64,000 bases of DNA from Bacteroidales bacterium (GTDB lineage Bacteria > Bacteroidota > Bacteroidia > Bacteroidales > F082): assembly GCA_017965765.1 (NCBI GenBank), contig JAGCPJ010000074.1:2272-66271 (forward strand), given 5' to 3'. Below are positions 39,322-47,050 of the stretch, piece by piece. The notes under the pieces were generated by a model. It saw nothing but the letters and a program-made list of their open reading frames with translations, made no database searches and was not told where the DNA came from. Numbering within the stretch: position 1 is the stretch's first letter; each line of letters opens with the position of its first letter. Position numbers and translations under genes: made by a program.

Positions 39322-40827
39322 TTAGAATCGGAAGTAGATGAAGGGATTGAAGTTGGAGACACACAAGGAGCCGGCAGAAAGGATGAGGAGCACTAGTGTG
39401 ATGGCAAACATAATCCAGGAGCGTCTTGGGGTGTAATGGTCGGCGAAGACGAGTTCCTGAAGTCGCAGGCCGCCTTTGGTCAGGGTAAGGAAGGAGAAGA
39501 CCAGTGCCAGGGCAAGGACAAACCAATATTGCGAGTCGGCACGCACAAAGTCTCCACTTCTAAAACTGAACATGGCTTGGTAGAAGTCTCCGATAGGGGC
39601 GATACCTTCCACACGGAACAACACCCAGCCGATCAGTACGATGAGGAAAGTGAAGGGAACGGAAAGCGGAGAACGGAGAACGGAGAATTTTCCGTTTTCC
39701 GTTTTACCTCCCATTCGGTCGGTGAGCCCTTTGGGGTTCCGTTTTCCGTTCAATAGCTTGTCCAAGCAAATGAACAACCCATGGTAGGCGCCCCATAGGA
39801 CAAAATTCCAGCTGGCGCCGTGCCACAATCCCGAAAGCAGGAAGCAGAGCCACAGGTTGAAATACATCCTGCCTTTGCCCTTGCGGTTGCCGCCCAAGGG
39901 GATATACAAATAGTTCATGATGAAGTTACCCAAAGTGATATGCCATCGTTTCCAGAACTCAGTGATGTTGTGACTGGTATAGGGGTTGTTAAAGTTCTCG
40001 GGAAAACGGAAGCCCATCATCTTACCGAGACCGATGGCCATGTCGCTGTACCCTGAGAAGTCGAAATAGATCTGCATGGTGTAGGAAAGGGCTGCCAGCC
40101 AGGCGGTTCCCGATGATAAGTCACCATAGTTCATGGCAAAGACCTGGTCGGCGTAAACGGCCAAGGTGTTGGCGATAAGCACTTTCTTTGCCAAGCCGAT
40201 CACAAAACGGTAAAAGCCCAACACACGGTCTTCCATGGTGCTGTCCCGTTCCACCAGTTGGGCTGCCACACTGTTGTAGTTGACGATGGGGCCTGCGATA
40301 AGCTGGGGAAACATCATGATATACAGTACATAGTCGGTCAGCTTTTGGCTGGGAGGAGTCACGCCGCGATAGACGTCAAGGGTATAGGTGATGGATTGGA
40401 AGGTGAAGAACGAGATGCCTATGGGCAAGGCAACTTTCATCCAAGATACAGGCTCATGATGGAACCAACCCAAGATTCCATTGAGATTTTCCATCATGAA
40501 ATTGGCGTACTTGAAATAGAGCAGCAACCCCAGCGAAAGGATGATGGAGATGGCACAAAGAATAGTTTTCCACTTTCCGTTTTCCGTTTTACCTCCCATT
40601 CGGTCGGTGAGCCCTTCGGGGTTCCGTTTCGCCATCGCCCTCACCACATAGTAGTTGACGATGCACTCTCCGACCAAAAGGAAGACAAAGTCGGGTGCGC
40701 CGTAAGCGTAAAACACGATGGAAAACAAAAGCAGGGTATAGTTCCTGAACTTCCGTGGTGTGAGGAAATAGGCCACCAGGAAGATGGGCAGGAAGAAGAA
40801 GAGGAAGATGTTGCTGCTGAATACCAT
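39322..40827 (-). CDS. MBOAT-family membrane O-acyltransferase, paralog 2
   Basis: 501 aa. N-terminus MVFSSNIFLFFFLP, with FWKRWHITLG and LSGLWHGASW. It has two in-frame composite repeat insertions. Confidence 0.85.
   Translation of the reverse strand: MVFSSNIFLFFFLPIFLVAYFLTPRKFRNYTLLLFSIVFYAYGAPDFVFLLVGECIVNYYVVRAMAKRNPEGLTDRMGGKTENGKWKTILCAISIILSLGLLLYFKYANFMMENLNGILGWFHHEPVSWMKVALPIGISFFTFQSITYTLDVYRGVTPPSQKLTDYVLYIMMFPQLIAGPIVNYNSVAAQLVERDSTMEDRVLGFYRFVIGLAKKVLIANTLAVYADQVFAMNYGDLSSGTAWLAALSYTMQIYFDFSGYSDMAIGLGKMMGFRFPENFNNPYTSHNITEFWKRWHITLGNFIMNYLYIPLGGNRKGKGRMYFNLWLCFLLSGLWHGASWNFVLWGAYHGLFICLDKLLNGKRNPKGLTDRMGGKTENGKFSVLRSPLSVPFTFLIVLIGWVLFRVEGIAPIGDFYQAMFSFRSGDFVRADSQYWFVLALALVFSFLTLTKGGLRLQELVFADHYTPRRSWIMFAITLVLLILSAGSLCVSNFNPFIYFRF
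39656..39750 (-). repeat. full composite element (~95 nt): forward arm + reverse arm + module B + reverse arm, inside CDS
   Basis: The forward arm is ggaacggaaagcggagaacggagaacggagaa. The reverse arm is ttttccgttttccgtttt. Module B is acctcccattcggtcggtgagccctttggggtt. The terminal reverse arm is ccgttttccgtt. Together they encode NGKRNPKGLTDRMGGKTENGKFSVLRSPLSVP. Confidence 0.95.
40566..40629 (-). repeat. composite element (truncated): reverse arm + module B, inside CDS
   Basis: ttttccactttccgttttccgtttt-acctcccattcggtcggtgagcccttcggggtt-ccgttt. It encodes KRNPEGLTDRMGGKTENGKWKT. Confidence 0.95.
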
Positions 40828-40837
40828 GTTTGTTGTA

Positions 40838-42544
40838 TTAGAATAATTCTCCGTTGATAAGTTTTTCTTGGATGACCCACCGTGCGTCTTCTTGCATGAC
40901 GGTTTCGTAATCCTTGCCTTTATCCTTGGCTTTGCGTTCTAGGAAAAGGGTTTGCTTGGGGTCGTTTCGCCACAGGTTGATGAGTTTCTCAACCTCATAT
41001 TGTATGATGGTAGCCGTATCGGCTTGGATTTCATCCTTAAGCAACGGCCGTCCGAACAAGACATTCTCGGCCTCTTTGTCCAAGAGTTCGGCAAAAGACC
41101 GTTCGGTTTTTGAGGCAGCCATTTCCAAGGTCGTTTTCCACAGTTTGTCATTGGCAATGGTGTTGGCTTGCTGGGCCAGGGCAATGGCTTTGGTGTTGCG
41201 GATGGTCGGCATGGCTTCGCCACGTAATCCAGGGATCAGTTCTGGATTGCTTTTTAAGAGATTAATGGCATATTGGCGCAAGGAATCAGGTGATATCTCG
41301 CAATAATGTTGTGCGTAATACTTCGCTTTGAAAGCACTATCGTTGCCCAAGCTATCCATCACCCAGGGGATCTGTGCGTCAAAAAGGCTGTCGGTGACAC
41401 AAAGCTGGATCAAGGCATCTTCCACAAAGTCGTATGAAGCCCTACTCCACTGATAACCAGATGAATACCAAACAACATAATCGGCATTCAAAAGGGAACG
41501 CAACCGATTGATTTCGGTGACAGGATGCCGTTCTTTGTCGAAACCGACAAAAGCCGCTTTGTTATAGAACCAGATTTCAACATCGGCAAGGATTTCTTTC
41601 CAAGGCATGTAGGTCTCTAGGTCCCAAATGAAGGAATCACCAACGAAAAGCACTTTGGGTTTGTGACAACCTTCATCGCAGTCAATGGTGATGTCGGCGC
41701 GATATTTCGGGGAATCGTTACCTATTGGGAAGAGGAGATTGAGCGTTTGTTCGTCGTTTTCGAGATATTCCGTGTCTAGTGCTATCAACTGATTGACATG
41801 GATGTCGGGGATGCCAAAGCCGTTGAGGCTGTCCATGTAGCTGAACAGGCTGTCGAAGCCATAGACGGCAGCATAGCGCCAATGCGTGTCGCGTTTTGGG
41901 AACAAGGGAAACGAAGCCGTGTCTTTCATGGCCAAATACCACTTGGTCATCTCCACATGTGGGAAACCAATCGCCGTCATCAGCGAATCGTAATAGGCCG
42001 CTGTATGGATGACATTGCCTTTGGGTGGTTCGTGGTAGGGTAGGTATTCGGAATAGATTTCCGCTTTGTCGGGTGCCATAAAACATAGGAACTCAACGCC
42101 ATAGTCTTTCAAAACATAACGTAGTTTGTTCATCATCCTGACATTCTTTTGCGCCCAGATTCTGGCATTGTCGTAGGTTTTGTAGAAATGGAGCGGCTCA
42201 ATGCCATAATACTCCCGAAAAGCTTCTGAATAAAACAGATAGCCGTCTTTTCCCGGGGTGATAAAGTGGCAATGGGTTTTGTTGAAACAGCTGTAGGAAA
42301 CCTGGTTGTAAAGCCGGATGGCCCATTCTCGGAACCCAGTGTTTTCCTTGGCATAGTCGGTGAGATAGTCCTGGAACGTGCCGTCGTAATAGGTGCTGAA
42401 GTTCAGCGGTACGGTGTCGAGTTCATCGGTGTAGCCGGCAAGCGGCTTGGTGTTCACGGCATGGGTGAGACCTTGCAGCAGCACGGCGAGCAGCACCACT
42501 AGGATGCTGGCAAATTGTATCGTGTAGCGGACAGGTCTTTTCAT
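40838..42544 (-). CDS. AlgJ/AlgX-like permuted-SGNH protein (type B body with type A N-terminus)
   Basis: 568 aa. It is the only paralog with the canonical His block RDTHW. The Ser block is FVGDSFIW. It has two C-terminal helical modules. The first ~70 aa are nearly identical to those of the 37975..39309 product. Confidence 0.65.
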   Translation of the reverse strand: MKRPVRYTIQFASILVVLLAVLLQGLTHAVNTKPLAGYTDELDTVPLNFSTYYDGTFQDYLTDYAKENTGFREWAIRLYNQVSYSCFNKTHCHFITPGKDGYLFYSEAFREYYGIEPLHFYKTYDNARIWAQKNVRMMNKLRYVLKDYGVEFLCFMAPDKAEIYSEYLPYHEPPKGNVIHTAAYYDSLMTAIGFPHVEMTKWYLAMKDTASFPLFPKRDTHWRYAAVYGFDSLFSYMDSLNGFGIPDIHVNQLIALDTEYLENDEQTLNLLFPIGNDSPKYRADITIDCDEGCHKPKVLFVGDSFIWDLETYMPWKEILADVEIWFYNKAAFVGFDKERHPVTEINRLRSLLNADYVVWYSSGYQWSRASYDFVEDALIQLCVTDSLFDAQIPWVMDSLGNDSAFKAKYYAQHYCEISPDSLRQYAINLLKSNPELIPGLRGEAMPTIRNTKAIALAQQANTIANDKLWKTTLEMAASKTERSFAELLDKEAENVLFGRPLLKDEIQADTATIIQYEVEKLINLWRNDPKQTLFLERKAKDKGKDYETVMQEDARWVIQEKLINGELF

Positions 42545-42556
42545 GGTCGTTGTAGG

Positions 42557-44110
42557 TTAGAATCGGAAGTAGATGAAGGGACTGAAGCCCGTGGCGTTGA
42601 GGGCGCCCAAGCAGAAGACGAAGGCGCAGAGGCTGACCACGAAGGCTAAGATATGCTGTCTTTTGTTGTATTCGGTGAAATAGACCTTGTCCTGGACTTT
42701 GAGACCGAACTTCGAGAGGGTGAAGAAGGAGAAGAAGGCGGCGATGAGCATGGTCACATAGAGATGGGGGTTCTCGCCGAAGTGGAAGGGGACGAAGTCA
42801 AAGGCAAAGAGCCGCTTGATGAAGAGCCAGGAGAGGTCGATGCGCTCTATGCGGAAGAAGCAACGGGTGAGCACGATGAGGCAGAAGGTGAAGAAGACGG
42901 ACGGGATGCGGCCCATCCGCTCATTGAACTTCTTAAGGAAGAGCTTGTCGGCACAGATGAAGATGCCTTGCAACGCGCCATACACCACGAAGTTCCACGC
43001 GGCACCATGCCAGAGACCGGAGACGAGGAAACAGAACCATAGGTTGAAGTACTTTCGGGCCTCGGTCTTGACGCGGCTGCCTCCCAAGGGGAAGTATAGG
43101 TAATTCGTGATGAATACGCAGAAGGTCTGGTGCCAGCGACGCCAGAACTCGGAGATGGTCGTGGAGACATAAGGGTTGTCGAAGTTTTCGGGGAAACGGA
43201 AACCCATCATGCGGCCCAAGCCGATGGCCATGTCGCTGTAACCCGCAAAGTCGAAATAGATCTGGAAGGTGAAGGCCAGGATGGTGATCCAGGCCGTGGT
43301 GGAGTCGATGGCGGCGATCTTGTTGGCGATGTCGGCCAACTGGGCGGAGGTCAACACATCGTAGTTCGAGGGACCCAATACCTGGTCCACCTGGAAACCA
43401 ATGACATCGGCGATGAGCACCTTCTTGCACAAACCTAACACAAAACGGTAAAAACCGTGCAGCCGGTCGGTGTAAAGCGACTCTCGGTTGCGGATCTGGT
43501 CGGCGATATCGCAATAGCGGACGATGGGACCGGCGATGAGCTGCGGAAACATCACGATGTAAAGCATGTAGTCGCTCAACCGCTCCATCGGCTTGTTGAC
43601 GCCTCGGTAGGTGTCCAAGGTGTAGGTCACGCTCTGGAAAGAGAAGAACGAAATGCCAATGGGCAACAAGATCTTGGTCCAAGAGAGGCTCTTGAAGCCC
43701 GCCCAACCGAGGATGGTGTTCAGGTTCTGCATCGTAAAGTTGCCGTATTTGAAGTAAAACAGCAACCCAATGCTGATGGCAATGGAGAGGCCGCAAAGCA
43801 ACTTTGATAACGGAAAACGGAACCCCGAAGGGCTCACCGACCGAATGGGAGGTAAAACGGAAAACGGAAAATTTTCCGTTCTCAGTTTTCCGTTTTCCTT
43901 TTCTTTTGCCTTCATCATCCAACGCACTAGATAAAAGTTGGCGATGGTGGAAAGGATCAAGTGGATGATGAACTCCGGGGCGCCGTAGGCGTAAAACAAC
44001 AAGGAGGCGAACAGCAACACGTAATTCCGGATCTTTCGCGGCGTCAGGAAATAGACCGCAAAGAAAATCGGCATGAAGTACAATAGAAATACGTTGCTGC
44101 TGAATACCAT
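42557..44110 (-). CDS. MBOAT-family membrane O-acyltransferase, paralog 3
   Basis: 517 aa. N-terminus MVFSSNVFLLYFMP, with FWRRWHQTF and VSGLWHGAAW. It has one composite insertion, in the opposite orientation to paralogs 1 and 2. Confidence 0.85.
   Translation of the reverse strand: MVFSSNVFLLYFMPIFFAVYFLTPRKIRNYVLLFASLLFYAYGAPEFIIHLILSTIANFYLVRWMMKAKEKENGKLRTENFPFSVLPPIRSVSPSGFRFPLSKLLCGLSIAISIGLLFYFKYGNFTMQNLNTILGWAGFKSLSWTKILLPIGISFFSFQSVTYTLDTYRGVNKPMERLSDYMLYIVMFPQLIAGPIVRYCDIADQIRNRESLYTDRLHGFYRFVLGLCKKVLIADVIGFQVDQVLGPSNYDVLTSAQLADIANKIAAIDSTTAWITILAFTFQIYFDFAGYSDMAIGLGRMMGFRFPENFDNPYVSTTISEFWRRWHQTFCVFITNYLYFPLGGSRVKTEARKYFNLWFCFLVSGLWHGAAWNFVVYGALQGIFICADKLFLKKFNERMGRIPSVFFTFCLIVLTRCFFRIERIDLSWLFIKRLFAFDFVPFHFGENPHLYVTMLIAAFFSFFTLSKFGLKVQDKVYFTEYNKRQHILAFVVSLCAFVFCLGALNATGFSPFIYFRF
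43809..43898 (+). repeat. full composite element (~90 nt), forward orientation, inside CDS
   Basis: The leading forward arm is aacggaaaacgg. Module B is aaccccgaagggctcaccgaccgaatgggaggt. A second forward arm is aaaacggaaaacggaaaa. The reverse arm is ttttccgttctcagttttccgttttcc. This is the reverse complement of the architecture at 39656-39750. It encodes KENGKLRTENFPFSVLPPIRSVSPSGFRFP on the minus strand. Confidence 0.95.
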
Positions 44111-44130
44111 GTCGGTGATTAATTAATCTG

Positions 44131-44138
44131 CAAAAATA
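44131..44138 (-). promoter_or_regulatory. -7 box TAnnTTTG (TATTTTTG), internal to the array
   Basis: The plus strand reads caaaaata. It lies in the only sizeable gap (40 nt) of the array, ~20 nt upstream of the MBOAT-3 ATG. Confidence 0.4.
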
Positions 44139-44150
44139 ACAATTCTATCG

Positions 44151-45509
44151 TTATGGTTGTTGACTCTCGTAGGCTTCCTGTTTTTTCTTGTCTGCATCAA
44201 GCACATAGATGGCATTGTTGCGAAGGTTTTCCTCTACGCTGACGTTCCGCTCGGAAGCCTGTTCCACGATACGCTCATACCACTGTGGATTATTCTTTAT
44301 CTCATTGATTTTCAGTTGAATAGTTTCTTCTTCGCTTAAAGATCCTTTGGCAAATAGCCGGAAGGCGGTCTGCTCAAAGCCCCAGAGGTATTCGTAGATG
44401 TAGGCGGAGGTGACGATGGCGACCACGATGTCGGTTTCTTCCAGCATCTCGTAGGCCTTGGCATAATAGGGCACTTTCTTCCAGTTGAGGTATTCTCTGC
44501 TGGAGAGGATGTTGTCGTTGTATTGCCAGAAATCCCAGCGGTTGAAGGCGTCGGCGAAACAGGAGTTGACCAGCTGGATGCTGTAGCTGTCTCCGACAAT
44601 CAGCAGGTTAGGCTTGTCCTTCCCGAGGGTGTCCGTCAAAGTGAAACTGGGTCTCGACACGGCGGGTTTCTTCACGGGGAAATACAGGTTCATCAAGGCC
44701 TCGAGCTCGCCGTCCTGTTCCGAATAGTCGGTGCTGTAGTTCTCGTCCAGAACCTGGATGTCGGGGAATCGGTAGGGTGTCATGGCTTCCAGTTTTCTCA
44801 AGAGGGTGTCGGCCACAAGGGGAATGGTGGCTTCGGACCAATGGGAACCGTACCGGGTGTAAAGCGGGTAGGGGAAGGTGTCCCGCAATGTCTTGAAGTA
44901 GTGGGTGAAGTCGATATGGTTGATGCCGTGTGCCTTGAACTGTTCGATATAGTATTGGGAGAGCAGGAAGTCGCAGTGTTCCAAGCTGTCGCGATAGGCG
45001 TCGGGCAGATTCTCGGGATAGGTGAGCACCTTGGAAGGGGCGAAGACGAAGAGAAATTGTGTGCCGTGACGCTGTAGGGTGTCGATGAGCCGCAGGGTCT
45101 CCTGGACGTGCTCTCGGGCTACCGCTTTGGCGCTGTCTGCGGTCTTGAAGTATTCTTTGACGCGTTTTCCGGTGACGTCGTCGAGGTACATCTTCATGTA
45201 CAGCTCGTTGTTTTTGCCGCATACCACGTTGTCATTGGTGATCTTGTTGAAGCAGAGATAGCAGCATTGGTTGTAGTTTCGGATGAAAAACTCCCGGAAG
45301 CCTGTATGCACACGGGCATAGTCGGTGAGGTAATCCTGATAGCTGCCGTCGAGCCAAGTGTCCACCTTCAGCTTCACGGGCCTTTTGGCGTCATAGAAAC
45401 CCACCAAAGGCTTTGCGGGCACCCAATGCGTCAGTCCTTGGACGAAGATGGCCACCAAGAACCCCATGAGGCAAAGGAAGGGAATCGTAAAATGGGGGCG
45501 GTTTTTCAT
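44151..45509 (-). CDS. AlgJ/AlgX-like permuted-SGNH protein (type A)
   Basis: 452 aa and a close paralog of 37975..39309. Blocks DYARVHTGFREFFIRNYNQ, YGSHW and IVGDSYS are present. The C-terminal module is NPQWYERIVEQASERNVSVEENLRNNAIYV. Confidence 0.65.
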   Translation of the reverse strand: MKNRPHFTIPFLCLMGFLVAIFVQGLTHWVPAKPLVGFYDAKRPVKLKVDTWLDGSYQDYLTDYARVHTGFREFFIRNYNQCCYLCFNKITNDNVVCGKNNELYMKMYLDDVTGKRVKEYFKTADSAKAVAREHVQETLRLIDTLQRHGTQFLFVFAPSKVLTYPENLPDAYRDSLEHCDFLLSQYYIEQFKAHGINHIDFTHYFKTLRDTFPYPLYTRYGSHWSEATIPLVADTLLRKLEAMTPYRFPDIQVLDENYSTDYSEQDGELEALMNLYFPVKKPAVSRPSFTLTDTLGKDKPNLLIVGDSYSIQLVNSCFADAFNRWDFWQYNDNILSSREYLNWKKVPYYAKAYEMLEETDIVVAIVTSAYIYEYLWGFEQTAFRLFAKGSLSEEETIQLKINEIKNNPQWYERIVEQASERNVSVEENLRNNAIYVLDADKKKQEAYESQQP

Positions 45510-45518
45510 GGCGTCGGC

Positions 45519-47048
45519 TTAGAATCTGAAATAGATGAAGGGGCTGAAACGGGAAGCATTCAAGGCGGCGATGCAGAAGAGGAAGGCTGCCACGCTGAGG
45601 ATCCAAACAAAGATGTGCTGCCTGTCGGTGAATGCGTGGTTATACACCCAGTCCTGCAGTTTCCTGCCTGCTTTGGTGAGGGTGATGAAAGAAAATATGG
45701 CGGCCAAGAGCAGGGTGACGTAGAACCTGGGATTGAGGCTGAAAGGTAACGGCGCAAACTGGAAGGCAAACATCCTGCCGATGAAAGTCCAAGCCAAGTC
45801 GAGCTTCTCTATACGGAAGACCATCCACGTCACCGTGACGAAGAGAAAGGTGAGGAGAACGGAAAACGGAGAACGGAGAACGGAGAGTTTTCCGTTTTCC
45901 GTTCTCCGTTTTCCGTTGAATACCTTGTCCAAGCAGATGAAAAGCCCGTGCAAGGCGCCCCAAACCACGAAATTCCAGCTGGCACCATGCCAGAGGCCAG
46001 AGAGCAGGAAGCAGATCCAGAGGTTGAGGTAGGTGCGTGCCTTGCCTTTGCGGTTGCCGCCTAAGGGGAGGTAGAGGTAGTTCTTGATGAAGGCGCCCAA
46101 AGTGATGTGCCAGCGGCGCCAGAACTCCGTGATCGACTTGGAGACGTACGGGTTGTTGAAGTTCTCCGGGAATTTGAACCCCATAATACGGCCCAAGCCG
46201 ATGGCCATGTCGGAATAGCCCGCGAAATCGAAGTAGATCTGGAAGGTATAGGCCAGTGCCACCATCCAGGCGGTGGTGGAGTCAAGCATGGCAATGCGTT
46301 CCGTGAGGGTTGCCAGACGCTCTGCGCTGATCGCCGATAGGTTAGCGGGACCCAAGATGGCATCGACTTCCATCCCGATGACATCGGCGATGAGGATCTT
46401 CTTGCAAAGGCCGATGACAAAACGGTAGAACCCTTGCAGACGGTCTGCGTACCCTGACTCGCGATGGCGGATCTGGTCGGCTACGTCGCAATAGCGGACG
46501 ATGGGACCCGCGATGAGCTGGGGAAACATCGTGATGTAGAGCATGTAGTCGCTGAGCTTTTTCATGGGCTGGTTCACCCCCCTGTAAGTGTCCAAGGTGT
46601 AGGTGACACTTTGGAACGAGAAGAACGAAATGCCAATGGGAAGGAGAATCTTGGAGAACGGAGAACGGAGAACGGAAAACTGAGAATAACCGAGACGGCC
46701 TAAAAGCCAAAATAGGTTTTCCGTGAAGAAGTTCGCGTACTTGTAGAAGACCAACAATCCGATGGGAATGGCAATGGACAGCCCACAAAGGATCTTGGAG
46801 AATGGGGAGTTTTCCGTTTTCCGTATTCCGTTTTCCGTTTCCTTTGCTGCTACCATGGCTTTCACCAAGTAGAAATTGGCAATGGTGGAGACAACAAGCT
46901 GGATCAGGAAATCGGGCGCACCCCAGGCGTAGAACAGCAAGGAAGCGAAGAGCAAGGCGTAGTTTCTGGCCTTCCTGGGCAACAGAAAGTACAACAGGAA
47001 GAATCCTGGCATGAAGTACAGTAGAAATACATTGCTGCTAAATACCAT
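45519..47048 (-). CDS. MBOAT-family membrane O-acyltransferase, paralog 4
   Basis: 509 aa. N-terminus MVFSSNVFLLYFMP, with FWRRWHITLG and LSGLWHGASW. It has three in-frame heptamer insertions. Confidence 0.85.
   Translation of the reverse strand: MVFSSNVFLLYFMPGFFLLYFLLPRKARNYALLFASLLFYAWGAPDFLIQLVVSTIANFYLVKAMVAAKETENGIRKTENSPFSKILCGLSIAIPIGLLVFYKYANFFTENLFWLLGRLGYSQFSVLRSPFSKILLPIGISFFSFQSVTYTLDTYRGVNQPMKKLSDYMLYITMFPQLIAGPIVRYCDVADQIRHRESGYADRLQGFYRFVIGLCKKILIADVIGMEVDAILGPANLSAISAERLATLTERIAMLDSTTAWMVALAYTFQIYFDFAGYSDMAIGLGRIMGFKFPENFNNPYVSKSITEFWRRWHITLGAFIKNYLYLPLGGNRKGKARTYLNLWICFLLSGLWHGASWNFVVWGALHGLFICLDKVFNGKRRTENGKLSVLRSPFSVLLTFLFVTVTWMVFRIEKLDLAWTFIGRMFAFQFAPLPFSLNPRFYVTLLLAAIFSFITLTKAGRKLQDWVYNHAFTDRQHIFVWILSVAAFLFCIAALNASRFSPFIYFRF
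45855..45917. repeat. GGARAAC heptamer palindromic element inside CDS (27/30 arm matches)
   Basis: gagaacggaaaacggagaacggagaacggagag|ttttccgttttccgttctccgttttccgtt. It encodes NGKRRTENGKLSVLRSPFSV. Confidence 0.95.
46653..46687 (+). repeat. GGARAAC heptamer array, forward single arm, inside CDS
   Basis: ggagaac ggagaac ggagaac ggaaaac tgagaat. It encodes SQFSVLRSPFS on the minus strand. Confidence 0.9.
46810..46842 (-). repeat. GGARAAC heptamer array, reverse single arm, inside CDS
   Basis: ttttccgttttccgtattccgttttccgtttcc. It encodes KETENGIRKTENSP on the minus strand. Confidence 0.9.
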
Positions 47049-47050
47049 GG

